Assembly: GCF_009914755.1 (NCBI RefSeq)
Contig: NC_060930.1
From: the human T2T-CHM13v2.0 reference genome, Homo sapiens
Reading direction: 5' to 3' (one strand)
DNA length: 64,000 nucleotides
Positions within the stretch are counted from its first letter, which is position 1; every line of letters starts with the position of its first letter. The translations under genes were made by a program, and so were the position numbers. The notes under the pieces were generated by a model, which was not told where the DNA came from, did no database searches, and worked only from the letters and a program-made list of their open reading frames with translations. Positions 1 to 15,958 of the stretch are shown piece by piece.

Positions 1-2372
1 CTGGTGCAACCATTTGGAGTAGCAGTGAGGGTTGTGACCTGTATTTATCGACCCTCTGTGAGGTTGGTGCTTGTGTAGCTCATTAAACAGGGCTTACAAA
101 TGAGAATATATAAAAAGCAGTGGTTCTCACACCTGTCAGGCCTAGGCTCCCTTTTTATGTCTAATATTTTTATGGTCCTTTTTACAGCCTGTAATTAAAT
201 TCTTAGGTAATACTATTTAACTTAATTTTTCAAAAATTGCTAAAGCAACTTAATATGATTTAAAAGCTAAATAAGGGATGGTATTTTAACAATAAAGATG
301 ATACTTTCAACCTATAAATGCTTGGGCCCTATACTAGAAAACAAAATGAAGTAGTTGGATGTTCCAGCTCTGTATGGGACTATCCTGAATGCAACAAGGA
401 CCAAACCAACTGACTCAGGTAACTCAAATACCACAAGGGACATTACTCTCAGTAATGTGATTTTTTTCTTTTTGAAAAGGCCAGTAATGCTGAGTGACAT
501 TTGAACACAATAAAATACAGTCTTCTCTTAATTTGTAAAGTGATTGCATTCTTGGAAAATTCAGTGCACATTAAACTATGCACACACACAGACATTTCAT
601 GCTTATGTGTAAAAGGAATTCTGTTTTAGCCTCAAATAATCAGGTTTTTCATCTTCAGATTGATTTTGAGATACCTGGAAGTCATGCATGAGTTGAGGCT
701 TCTTCACAGGATATCTAGCATCCCTGGTCCTTCCCTAAATGTCAGTAGTGTGCCCTTTCCCAATCACCAGGACAGCAAAAAAGAAAAAAAAAAAACCAGC
801 AACAACAACAATAAAAACCCAACTTATTTAATTTCCAGAATGCTCCGTAAGAACCAGTACTGCTCTACGAGAACCATGACATTAATTACTTTCATTGCAG
901 AAACTACATAGAGGACATGTCAAAGCTGAGAGTGGCTGGAGGGCTTCTAATAATGCCAGAATGTCCTCAGAAATAGTCTGCAGTGCTGATAATCAGTTGC
1001 AGAAGAAAAATACTTGAGGCATCTGCCCTAGGTAGGCCAATTTGTCCATGCACCTGGTTGGCTATCTCTAAACTTCTTTTCTTCCCTCTAGAGGTTACCT
1101 GTGGACATGTGAATAAGCAGAGGGTCTTATTACCGAGAAGAAGTGGACAGCCTGTGATGGCAAAGGGTCGTTAATTCAGAAGTCCTCCCCATTTGCTATT
1201 GCTCAGGCCAGTTTATTAAAGTTCTGCTTCTGTAGGTATAGCACTCCATTGGCTTTGAACTAAAGCAGCAGCCATCAGATTCACATTCAGCTTTGGTCTG
1301 ATAAACAAAAAAGCAGAGAAGGATATTGAAATGTAAGTAGTTGGCCACTTCTGTGGGGTCCACTGTGATACTGGAGCTCCTGTATACATCCTAGACCTTA
1401 AGAACACATGGAAACTCAGCTCTTCTAAAAATGTAATACAGAACCATGCTGATCCCAAAGAAGGAATGAGTTCCCCGCAGCCACCTTCTCGGTGGGGCTT
1501 TGCAACAGGTACCTCACTGCAGATGTCTCAATAGCTTCTCTCGTCTGGCTACCAGCAATACCTCTTAAACAGATATGTCTTCACCTTGTTAAATCAGTCA
1601 GAGAGATGTTGACGAATTCCCCTTCTTGGAACTTTATTGTTAGATGTGGAGCAAGAACATATTCTGGGAAAGATAAGGCATATTGCAACTGCTTATTCTG
1701 AGACAGATGCTCCAAATCTCAGAATTTGCTTTCTAGTCTTGTGTCCTTTTTACTGACATGTTGTGCCAGACTAGAAGGAAAGGAATGAAAATAAATGTGG
1801 GTTTGGGGGAAGGGGAGGCATGGAGGAAGGCCTACGTAGGCCAATTTGTCCATGCGCCTGGTTGGGTATTTCTAGACTTCTTTTCTTCCCTCGAGAGCTG
1901 TGGGCATGTGAATAAGCAGAGGGTCTTAATGCTGAGAAGAGGTAGACAGCCTGTGATGGCAAAGGGTCATTATCTCGGAAGTCCTCCACATTGATTATCA
2001 TTGAATGTGTCCTTGGAGAAACAGTCAATACAAAAGAACATGGTCACTGTCCTAAAGGACATACATCCTAAAGGACAACTAAAGAAGTCTTAATGATATA
2101 TACAATTTATATATCAGGATTTAGTGTGGTGTGTCCTAAGTCAGAGAGATGGGACAGAATGGGCAAATTCTTCAACAAAACAGATACCATCTTCCAGGGC
2201 TCAAGAAACACAATGCCCAGGCTGATTAGTTTAGATTTATGTGTGTGGAAAGGAAAGCATTGTTTTGAAAAGTGTCTTTGCTGGGCGCGGTGGCTCACCC
2301 CTGTAATCCCAATGCTTTGGGAGGCCGAGGCGGGCGGATCATGAGGTCAGGAGATCGAGACCATCCTGACTA

Positions 2373-2624
<252 letters not shown>

Positions 2625-3983
2625 TTAATTGGGCAGAAATGAACAGAGTAATAAGACTAGGAAAGAAGACTCCTTTGGCAGTAATCTAGGGATAAGTAAT
2701 CCATACTGGGAGCCCTTTACTTTCCATTGCCAGTGCTGACCTACTCTGCACCCACCTCCTCTCTCCTGGTTATTACATAGCTTCTACCTGGTGTACCTGC
2801 TCCTATCTCTGTGCCTCTCCAGTCTGTGCTCCCCTCAGCATCCTGATAGCCTTCTAAAAGTTTCGGTCAGATCACCTGCTCCTTGACTCAGAAACTTCCA
2901 AAGCCCTTACCTTGCCCTATGAAGTTTTGCATACTCTGGCCCCAGTGATGTATTTGGCCTCATCTCCTAGGGCTGTCTTACTTGTTTCCTCTACTCTAGC
3001 TACCCTGGCCCCGTTGATGTTCCTCAAACTGCTGAGCATTGTGTCCCTGTGAGCCCCTCTACGTTATTTTACCTCTGACTGGAACACACCTCCATCATTT
3101 TTCCCTCACTTCCTGCAAGTTGCTGTCTAAAGGTGACTGTTCCACATTTTTGTTATGATAGAGGGTCCTTATTGGTACCATGTGAGAAATTACCTTGATG
3201 CCCTGGTAGGCTCCAAGTATAGTCCCATGCAAGCTCTCCCAGAGGACACAGCACAAATAGGTTTGCAGACTATGCAGTGAAATGCTCAAATCACAGCTTC
3301 ATTAAAAAACATAGCAAGCAGCAAGGGGAAAAAGAAGAGCAAGTTAATGGTTTAGTGTGTAAGTGAATTGGAAGAACCACACTATCTGACTCAAGTGTGA
3401 GCAGTTTCCGTATATCTGATCTCTTTTACATCGCTCAATCAGCCTGTAGGATAGACACAGAGATATATATGCCTGGACCCAACCAATTAGTTGGTTGAAT
3501 AGCCATGGATTTTATTTTTGTTCCTAAAGTAGAGAACTTATGGTGTCTCCAATTTGTGGCTGACTCAAGGCCTCATGAATAATGAGTCAGTGCTTCGATG
3601 TCTCATATATCTGTGAATTCTGAATGTGTGGCTCCTTTTGTATATTTTGTGCATCAGGAACATTAGGTATCTTTTGACCCTTCCATCCCTTATATCTATA
3701 TTTAACAACATATGCTCTTTTTACTAACTACTTATGTCTACTTAAAACATCTTAAGCATTTTTGCCTACATTTTACTAACTAAAAGCATATTTATCTTTT
3801 ATAATAGAATTGCTCATTTACAAAAGTAAATATGTGTTACAATCCATATCATTTATTGGTGTATCCCTGACATATAGTAGGCACTCAATACATATATGGA
3901 ATGAGAGAATTGTGCTTTCTCTCTCCCTTTTCGCCTTCCCCTCCTCCTGCTTTTTCTCCTACTCTCACACTGTCTCTCTCTCT

Positions 3984-3986
<3 letters not shown>

Positions 3987-4027
<41 letters not shown>
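3987..4027 (+). repeat. (AC)n microsatellite
   Basis: About 20 AC units preceded by a short (TC)n run. Confidence 0.95.
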
Positions 4028-4028
<1 letters not shown>

Positions 4029-4413
4029 TGGACAGGAATCCCAGAGATCTGGGTTCTGGCGTGACAGCATGTTTTTCACAAATACTTCTTGGTTTCCATT
4101 CCTTCAAATGTAAATAAAGGTAGGGTTTAGTAAGATGATCTTTGAGTTTCCTTCCAGGATTCAGAGTTTCATCAATAATTTCTTTATTCCTTTGCTCTAC
4201 AAGGTTTCTTTGTGCTGTGGCTTTAATGTAGCCTATCAAACACATTTCAACAAAATCAAAAGCCTTTTGTTTTGCCCATCACCATTTCTAGGAGGATCAC
4301 TGCCAAGATCCCAAAGTAGAGGAAATTTTTCCTATAGAACATAATTGAATTTTGTATTAAGCAAGCTAAAACCAGAGAAAGATTAGATTTTAAAACCTTT
4401 AAAAGTGAAGCTA

Positions 4414-4536
<123 letters not shown>

Positions 4537-4937
4537 CTAGCTGGACCACATTACTTAAAAAAACAAAACAAAATGTACACAATCTTTAAAAGTGATATGA
4601 AATCAAAACAATAACAGATTTATAGGTAAGTCTACGGAAGTTTCCAGAGCTGTCTTTTTAATTACCAGAAAAACTAGAATAACATTCTTATGAAAGGATT
4701 AAACAACAATTGAATAACATTATGGATTGCCATCATTGTAAAAAACAAGAATTAAAAGGCAATATAGGCTAGACACAGTGGCTCACACCTGTAATCGCAG
4801 CACTTTGGGAGGCCAAGGCGGGCGGATCACCTGAGATCGGGAGTTCGAGACCAGCTTGACCAACATGGAGAAACCCCATCTCTACTAAAAATACAAAATT
4901 TGCCAGGTGTGGTGGCGCATACCTGTAACCCCAGCTA

Positions 4938-5045
<108 letters not shown>

Positions 5046-7639
5046 TTAAAAAAAAAAAAAGGGGGGGGGCAATATATAGTTGTTTATGTATTTCTTATCT
5101 ATTTAGCTACTAAACTTCTGAAAAACATCTTGTTACTCAAGAACAAAAAAATACACTATTTGACCAATTAACCACTTACTGCGGTATTTCCCTTTTGTTC
5201 AAATTGCATATGAAGGTACATATTGGTGACCTAATTTGTTTAATTTGCAATATTCCCAAGATAAAAACTAGTGGTTGCCCATTAAAAGTCTTTCAGGCTG
5301 TGGTCTTGAGATATGGAAAGGAGAGGCACTTTGAATTTTTGCTTAAAGCCTCGCATTCAAAGCTAAATAGGTATGGACTATATCTTTCTGGAAGCCATAT
5401 TATATTAGACACTACTTTACAAATAATAATTTTAGTTTAATATGTTATACTAAAACATAGATACAAACTATTTCCCAGAGGATTTCTTCAGATGCTTAGA
5501 ATGAAGAAAAGTATCCATTAATATATTAAGGGATTTTTTTGTGTGTGTTTTAATTTCTTAAGGCTATGTTTTATATCATGTTTGCTTTAATAGTAGAATT
5601 AATACAGAATATAAAACTGAGAGTATAGACATGGCCTATTCATGCAGAAATTCAAGTTTTACATAGGACTAGGATGTCCGGTAATTATAACTTCTAAAGT
5701 CTCTGCACTTTTCAAAGAAAAAAAACCTGTAAATTTACATCTCAATTACCTTAATTAATATTAGAAGTTTGTGCATGTGAAGTGAATATATATGTGGAGT
5801 TGCACCTAAAATACATTATAGCCCAAGTATACTAGTATCGTTTACTAGTTGGTTCTTGTGAAATGGTGTTTCAAGAATATTGAACTATATAAATAATTGC
5901 ACTAAAATTTTGGAGATAGCATTGTAAATATTACACTGGACTTTAAAAAATAATTCTAGATATTAATTTTAATGCTTTGTAGCTTGATCATAATTTAATT
6001 ACTTTTTCCAGCATTTTAAATCGACATCTTGAAAATAAACTGTAGATTATCAACAAATTCTGTGTATATTAAGGTATTTATATGTGGCCACATTATTGTA
6101 TGCTCATGAAGCTCATCTCAGCAGCAAGGTGGAGAATACAGATAGGTCCAATCTTTTGATGGTTTAGCTACATATTCTGTGAGCCAAATGACACACTTTA
6201 CACATACATACACTCAATTTATTATTCATATTATATTTAACGGAGTTAATGGAATAATAATAAACTGAACATCAATGATACCTTTGTAATTTTGTTGTTC
6301 TCTTGGAGTAAGAGTGTTAGAAAATTAAAATTCCATTTCATTTTCTTTTCAAACAACTGCTATACACATAATAAAAACTGGGAGGCATCATTTAGAATTA
6401 TAAAGTACAAAAAAAACCCACGGTAACTACATGCATTTATTAGCTGTGGAGTATATTAGTTGTCCTAAAAGCTCAATGTAGAATGTTAAAGTCACTACTG
6501 TGACTTTAATAATACGTGGATAAAAGTCCATTGTGTGCGTTCTAAAATTTTAAATAATATTGTTCTTTAAACACGTTATTTAAATTAACCCACAATATAG
6601 TAAATTAACCTTGGTAAGGGAATTGTTTTTATGACAGAGAAGAATGAAGCTTTTTGATCGTGAAGAAAAGTGAGTTAGATTTAAAAAGGAAAACTTTTTA
6701 GGAAGGATAAAGGACATTCAGTGAAAGGAGTAACATGCACTCATCCTCTAAAAACAGTGTTCTTTGATATGTGAGAGAGGAGGAAATAAAAGAAAAAAAG
6801 TCAGTGTTTTAAATCTGTCACTAAATATCATCTAAAAGTCCCATAAGTCAACCAGGTGCATCAGTGCACACAGAAAACAATGTAACGTAAACCGTAGTGT
6901 AGATATTTTTAGTTTCTAGTCAAGAACCCAACGTTCTTGAAGAGGATCCAATTACAAGTTTTGGGGAATAGGAAATCCTAATGAGTGTAGGACATCATGC
7001 TGACGGAAGGTGAGGATAATCTCAGATGTCTGGAGAAGCAATAAAAAGTAAGTTAGGGCAGGAGAGAGGCAAGAAAGCCTGAAAGAATCCCCACTAATAA
7101 TTAGTATGGCTAACTTGAGAATTTTAGTTAAACAGAACACTTACAGTTGTCAATTGGAATAGATTCAGCATGTAAAATGCCAGCAATCCATGATGATAAT
7201 CAATTGGAACAAACAGTATGATGAGCTGAATAAGAAGCTTACACTGTGTTCTAGGATTTGTCTTCTCCTAGGTCATTGTGCCCTACATCTCTGAGATGAG
7301 CATCATGCTCTCCAGGAGGGTCCCATCCTTCCATTTGTAAGGTTCTATTGTATTTACCTTGGGGAAAACTCCACCTCCCACCAAGCTGTAGAACAAGGTT
7401 CAAAAGAGAGCTCCCTGGAAAACTCCTTGGTGCTTTGTTCACTGAAATGTTATGTTAGGAGAGCTTATTTCATCTTAGTGGCTGTCATTGCTGGGAATCC
7501 AAACTCTAATTCCCAAGGCATTCTCAAATTATCATCTGCATCAGCTTCTGCCATAGCCATCCCCACCAGTGTCACCAACAATATTGTTACTAAGAAAATA
7601 ATTTTCAAAAAATGTTTGCTTTTTTTTTTGTCCTAAGGA

Positions 7640-8289
7640 CAGTGATTTCTATAATGGCAACAATTGCAGTTAATTTCAAAATGTGGTCTGGGGACCCCTG
7701 AGGCCCTTGTAGTGGGTCTGTGGGCTAATATTATTTCATACTAATTCTGACACTAATTTTTCTTTTTCATTATTATTTTCAGATGACATTTATATTGCAA
7801 GAGATTGAATGCAGAAAGAAGAATTCAGCTTTCTTTTATTAAACAAGGCATTAGAGAGATTTGCAAAATTGTAAAACAGTGTCACTCTTTTTATTTTAAA
7901 AAATAGCTATTTTTCATAAAATATGTATGCTAACATAAAATGGGTTTATTACTGTTATTTTTAAATGAATTAACCAAATTTTTTTGTTTTACTATATAAT
8001 ACGGTAAATGTCAATAGTTATAACCTACAGAAACACAAATTCTTTGGATTGCAAAGCTCCACCACCTAATATGCTATAGATCAAGGTTCAAAAGAGAGCT
8101 CCCTGGAAAACTCCTTGGTGTTTTGTTCACTGAAATATTATTTAAGGAGAACATATTTTATTTTAATGACTGTCATTGCTGGCATCCGAACTCTAATTCC
8201 CAAGGCATCCTCAAATTATCATCTGCATCACTTCATTACTTTTTAAGAGTGTAAGTGGGTCATGAGACCAGAAGGTTCAAGAACTGCTG
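7640..8289 (+). mobile_element. hAT-Charlie (Charlie1-derived) DNA transposon carrying an internal copy of flanking host DNA
   Basis: 5' ...tcaaaatgtggtctggggacccctg and 3' ...tttaagagtgtaagtgggtcatgagacc...gaactgctg resemble Charlie1 termini. Confidence 0.7.
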
Positions 8290-8413
8290 CCTTAGGGTAT
8301 ATACCACACTAGTAATGTTCATTTGTGTTCAAATGACTATTTTTCAAAGTATTTGGAGTATCCCTTCCTGCACACTTATGTTATGATCTAGATATACAGA
8401 TCCATTTACTTTG

Positions 8414-8865
8414 TTTTGCTGTTGATGTCTAGGATTGGACTTTTTAATGTTTGGTTCTATCATTACATAAAATATTTTTACATAGTCCCAAGGTCAAATC
8501 AAATTATATCCAAAGAAATCTTTCTCCTTCATGCTAATAGCCTCTCTTGCCTTAGAGTAATAATTTTAAAGGTTATGATATATCCTTCTGTTGTTTATTA
8601 TAAGCATATATGTATGTATTCTTAGGGAATATTAACTTCATTTTGCTGTTGATGTCTAGGGATTGGACTTTTTAATATTTGTTTCTACCGTTACATAAAA
8701 TATTTTTACATAGTCCCAAGGTCAAATCAAATTATATCCAAAGAAATCTTTCTCCTTCATCCTAATAGCCTCTCTTACCTTAGAGTAATAATTTTAAATG
8801 TTATGATATATCCTTCTGTTGTTTATTATAAGCATATATATATGTATTCTAGGGAAGATTAACTC
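8414..8865 (+). repeat. Tandem duplication, two units of about 227 bp
   Basis: ttttgctgttgatgtctagg... begins at 8414 and again at 8641, near-identical. Confidence 0.95.
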
Positions 8866-9030
8866 GTATCACAGGAGAGGAGACTGGAAGTTGATACTAT
8901 GCAAGATAAACTTTGTCACAGACAGTCACCTGTTCTTTGGAGGGCCCATTCATCTTTCCCAAAAATAATTTCCTCTCCCCTACATTGCCTACATCCCCCT
9001 TCCTGTCTTCCCTATGAAGACAGTATATAA

Positions 9031-9409
<379 letters not shown>

Positions 9410-12034
9410 TTATATCTTTCTCTTATTAATCTGCCTGCTGTCAATTTATTTCATACACTTAATTATCAAACCCTCAGAGGGCAGAGGGAGTCTTCCCTCC
9501 CCTACAGTTCCAATCAGATTGTTTTCTAGTTAGCATGAGGGTTGATCTAAGATGTCTGGTCTACCATTACTGAAAATAATTACTAAAAATAGAATCAATG
9601 GTATAGTATTTGTTAACATGTTTTAAAAATATCAATAACTAAATTATCATAGGGCTTCCAATTCTTAAAATCTTCAAAATGCAGTTGTATAAAATGATAT
9701 AGATCAGTGCCGTCATACTCTCTGGTCCAGGGATGGGTTTCCCATATAAATAATTCAAATTCTCACTAACGATGTTTAAGTTAGGAAATTAGTTGCCATG
9801 TTGGTTCAGTTGTGTATCACCACCAAAGAAGTGAGTTGCTAAATTAAATATAAATAAATACTTAGCCATAGAACTAGAGGAAAAGATTAAACAATGTATT
9901 GTTGGATCAAGAAATCATGTTTCAAAATTTAAATCAATGACTTTTATAGTTCAAGTGTCTGTGAAGTCTAAAATAAAAATACAGACATTAATTGCACTAC
10001 CTTATTGGTAGAAGAAATAGCAAGTACCTTAAAAAGTGCATGTCATATTGGAATCAAATCTCTTGAAGGCTAGGCTAGTGGTAAAAGAAATAGTAGGTAC
10101 CTTAGAAACTACATGTCATATTTGAATCAAATCTCTTGAAGGCTAGGCAATTCATCTTGACTATATTTTTGTCACCAAAGAGCTTAATATTGAACCATCA
10201 AAATATATTCACTTTACCATCTGGGACATTTTAATCAAACCTCTCATCTGTTCAATCACATCTTTCACTTCAGAAAGAACTTTCACTTCTGCCTTGTTTT
10301 TCAGAACTATCTATAGCCACCACTTTTCACATTAAGATGATCCTTCTCAAGCCATCAGAGAACTAAGTGACATCTGCAATGAAATGGCTTCACCACTTCT
10401 GTCCTCGGGTAATTCTGCAATCTATTTTTGCTGGATCCAATCCCTGAAGACCATCCTGCCTTTCTAAGGGATGCTTCTCCCTTTCAGCTACCTTCATGTC
10501 TTTTAATGCAATTGTTGCTTCTTTCTGTCCTGGTGTTGTACTTTGGCAGTGGTCACACCCATGGAGCACAGACTTCTACAAGGCACAAGGCATGACTTTG
10601 ATTTTTCTGTTGTAATTTGATGGAATTGGCCAGGCGTGGTAGCTCATGCCTGTAATCCCAGCACTTTGGGAAGCCAAGGCAGGCGGATCACCTGAGGTCA
10701 GGAGTTGGAGACTAGACTGGCCAACATGGCAAAACCCTGTCTCTACTAAAAATACAAAAATTAGCCGGGCATGGTGGCGGGCGCCTGTAATCCCAGCTAT
10801 TCGGGAGGCTGAGGCAGGAGAATCGCTTGAACCAGGGGGTGGAGGTTGCAATGAGCCGAGATCGTGCCATTGCACTCCAGCCTGGGTGGCAGAATGAGAC
10901 TCTGTCTCAAAAATAATAATAATAATAATAATAATTGATGGAATTAAGAAATATTGAAAAATATATACCATTCACTGTGAGAAAAAAGTTCAACTCCTCA
11001 AACTGGGAATCTCAGTCCATTTTATGTATGAAGGTGATGGCCTGCACTAACCTTTTGAGGCTGCTATCATCCTATGCCTATTTTATGGGTGAAAAAATTG
11101 ATGGACAGAGAAAGGGAGCATTTTCAGTATATCACCTAGAGAATCAGTGACAGAGTCAGTCTATGAATCTTGTGGTGGTGGGTGGCCTTCACTGTAGAAA
11201 GGATAGATTCCATGATCTTTTGTACCATCAAATAAAATACTTACAAACAAATGAGAATTAGCCATTTGTATTTGTTTTGTTTTAATAGTGCAAATAAGAT
11301 GTCATTCTAGACCTAAAAAAATGTTTTTCTCCCTTTTGTTTCCAAATTTTAGGATAAAAGGCAAATAAAAATCTGTTCTTAGAGAACACTGGACAAATTC
11401 TCTTTGTGAGGGAGGATCAAGCAATTTCACCATATCATCATCACACAATAACTTTTGCCTTTCCTGTGGGAAACAAGCATGTATAGCAGTCTGCCTATTG
11501 AGTATTGTACTGAAATTAAGACACATTAAAATCTGTATGAAACTTTTTCAAAAGAGACTATTGAAAAATTGCAACTTATAGGTCACATAATGCCTGCAGA
11601 CGCCCTCTATGTCATTTGTCTAAAATGTCTGCCAACTTGCAGCTGACCATTATTGCTGTCTTGAAAGCAGTGATGAAGTAACATGAAGTAACTTTAGATA
11701 GGGAATTATGAGCACTCTCTGTCTAAAGTAGTAGCCCCAGTAGAAAGAACCCCTTTGCTCACCCTCCTGGAGGGTGGGCAGGTTAGATCTGCCCAAGTAA
11801 AGAGCTGAAAAATCTCATTGTGGAAAAGACATAAATGTTTAATTATTTGCAATAAATTTTTTAAAAATGTAGCAGTTTAAACATTAACATATCCTCATTC
11901 TTAGTTTTTGTTTTGTTTTGTTTTTGTCTGCCTTATTGCTTATTATCAAATAACCAAACTTAGGCCTAGCCCAAAGAAGGGAGTCACCCATCTCTGACTC
12001 TTGTGGACTGTTGTCCATGTAGGAAGGCAGTTAT

Positions 12035-13275
<1,241 letters not shown>

Positions 13276-14689
13276 GCAGTCAATACATTAATACAATATA
13301 ATGCTACAGGTCCAATCCTTTGTCTCCTTATCTGTAGATCATAGATACCACTAGCACTTACCTCCCAGGCCTGGAAAAATAAATTAAGTAATGCATAATA
13401 TCTAGAAGATAGTACACACTCAGTAAATGGCAGCTGATGACTAATGTTATTTTTTCCCCAATATGGCAAAAGCAAGATTTAAGTATCATATGGTTTAATC
13501 CTTGTGGGCAGATCATTAAATGCAGAGCCATAATGTAAATTCTGACATTCAGGAGTCCCTAACAGAGTATTAGAGCAAACTAAATCAAGAATTTTCAGAT
13601 GTACAGGGAAATAAGCAAGATAAATATGTGAATAACAAAATATTGAAAATAGAAAAAGTGGATGTCGCACTGAAGCAGGTTGTTCTGATATTCCACATTA
13701 GTGAAGAACCTACCAAGCTGCCTAAACAGAGGGAAGGAGCATAGCCCTGGGAGCCCCTTGGAGATTGATATCCTACTCCATATTTGCTAGCCTGGTAACT
13801 TAAATACCTCAATGAGTGTGTAATTCTCTTGATTGTCTGCAAAATGGAGATAATAATAAAATCCCACTTTTCTTACAAGGACTTTATGAGATGATGTCCC
13901 TGCTTCCAAGCATGTTCTTGGAACCTGGATGAGGTGTATATATGAAAGTTACTGTGAAACAGTCATTACAATTTACTTTTCCTTTCAACAAAATAAGCTT
14001 GAGAAATAAAAGTAAGTATAATTTTGTAAATGTTCCACCACAATGTAAGCTTCTCCAGGTCATATATTTTTATATTTCCTGAGTTGGGCATACAATAGTG
14101 GCTCAAATAAATAATACATTAGTGAAACCAGTGTTTTCTCAGATCTGTATCAAGTACCACTAGAGTTGTGGAAAATGTTTATAAGTAGTTTATGAACTTT
14201 GCTTTTTTAAATGTTGGAACAGAGAATAAGAATATCATTCTCTTTTCTATTCTCTTTAAATCTTTCTGATTAACTGACTGGAAAAGTGTCAATTTGGTGC
14301 TAGTCGATGTTTAAGGCCTCTCTAACACTTGTTAATCTTTCCTCTCTCTCTTTTTTATTTTTCAATTTTATAACAAAGAGCAGTTTTTAGGCTCCAAGTA
14401 GTAGATAGCAAAGAGCATATAACTATAATTGAATATTATTGTTTTATTTTATGCTGTTTTATAGTTACCTTCTCTTTATTATCAGAAGTAGAAATTTTCC
14501 ACTAGAATAGTGATGTAAAGCTTTTAAAATAAATTGATTTCATTTTCTACATAGTGTAGCTTGTATCCAAATACAGGAAAAAGAAAAAAAATTTTAAAGT
14601 GCTACTCACGTAACTGAAGTTTGAACAATACTACATAAAATAATATAACCAATGTCATAAAACCGGAAATGGCAAAAGATACTATGGTT

Positions 14690-15000
14690 ATACATCCAGC
14701 CTTCTGTATATGTGCATTCTGCTTCCATGGTTTCAACCAACCAAGGATCCAAATATTTAGGGGAAAACATCAAAAATAACAACAATAAAAAAGTGATATG
14801 AAAAAACCACAATATAACAACTATTTATATATTATTTGCATGTTTTAAGTATTATACGTAATCTAGAGATGATTTAAAATATAGGGAAGATATATGTAGG
14901 TTATATGCAAATACTACACCATTTTATACAAGGGATTTGAACATCCAGGGCTTTTGGCATGCTAGAGGAACCAATTCCCCATGACGCTAAAGACTACAGT
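14690..15000 (+). mobile_element. Tigger (Tigger3-like) DNA transposon fragment
   Basis: ttcaaccaacc...gtaggttatatgcaaatactacaccattttata...gaaccaattcccc. Confidence 0.7.
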
Positions 15001-15829
15001 ATTTTACATTATCTTTATAAATTATAAGTCTATTTATGTTATATGAAATATAAATTATGCTGTAATATTAACTGTAACTGCTATACGAATTCAGAAAGGG
15101 TAAATATTCTGGAATGCTATAATTTGGGGAAATTTTTTGGAAGAGCTATGACAAGGTTCAACCTTTATTCAAGAGTTATTACCTTTGTTCAAGAGTTATT
15201 ACCTCTCAGAGCTATCTGAGGGTCAGGAATCTGGGAGCAGCTTAGCTAGATGGTTTTTACTCACTGTCTGTCTCTCATGAGGTTTCAGTCAACGACTGTG
15301 ATTACCTAAAAGCTTGACTGGGACTGTAGCTTCCAAGTTGCAAGAAGAGGTTCCCTTATGTCACTGTTGGCTAGAGGATTCATTTTCTTCCCACACATCT
15401 CTAGAGGGCTACTCTTAATAAGGGCTGGCTTCCTTCCTCTAGAGTGAGTGATCCAAGAGAGATGGGCAATGATCAAGATGGAAATCTTTTATCTAATATT
15501 GGAAGTGACATACCATCACTTCTGCCATATTCTGTTGACCAACCCTGGTGCAATGTGGAAAGGGCTACCCAAAGATGCAAATATCAGATGCCATCTTTTA
15601 GGCTGTTTCCACAGTACACACTGAAAAATGTGTCTCTCAGCCCTTACAGGCATAATATCACCCGGGGAGTTTCAAATATACCAGATGCGGCCAGGTGCGG
15701 TGGCTCACGCCTGTAATACCAGCACTTTGGGAGGTCGAGGCAGGTGGACCAGCTGAGGTCGGAAGTTCTCAAGACCAGCCTGACCAACATGGAGAAGCCC
15801 TGTTTCGATTAAAAATACGAAATTAGCTA

Positions 15830-15958
<129 letters not shown>

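Noticed and set aside
5195-5440. Plus-strand ORF with cadherin-like text (LRYGKERHFEFLLKAS)
   Set aside because: Opposite strand to the other relic blocks, and the minus strand here also has an acceptor and plausible motifs. Ambiguous, so it was not counted as evidence. It also shows that motif matching by eye can over-call.
6975-7005. DVLHS motif resembling mitochondrial COX2 (possible NUMT)
   Set aside because: Similarity is limited to about 15 nt; the flanks do not follow mtDNA and fit the relic exon better.
7253-7300. Plus-strand AG acceptors that might serve spliced read-through isoforms of an upstream H2B gene
   Set aside because: The upstream gene is outside the window and exon usage cannot be supported from this sequence.
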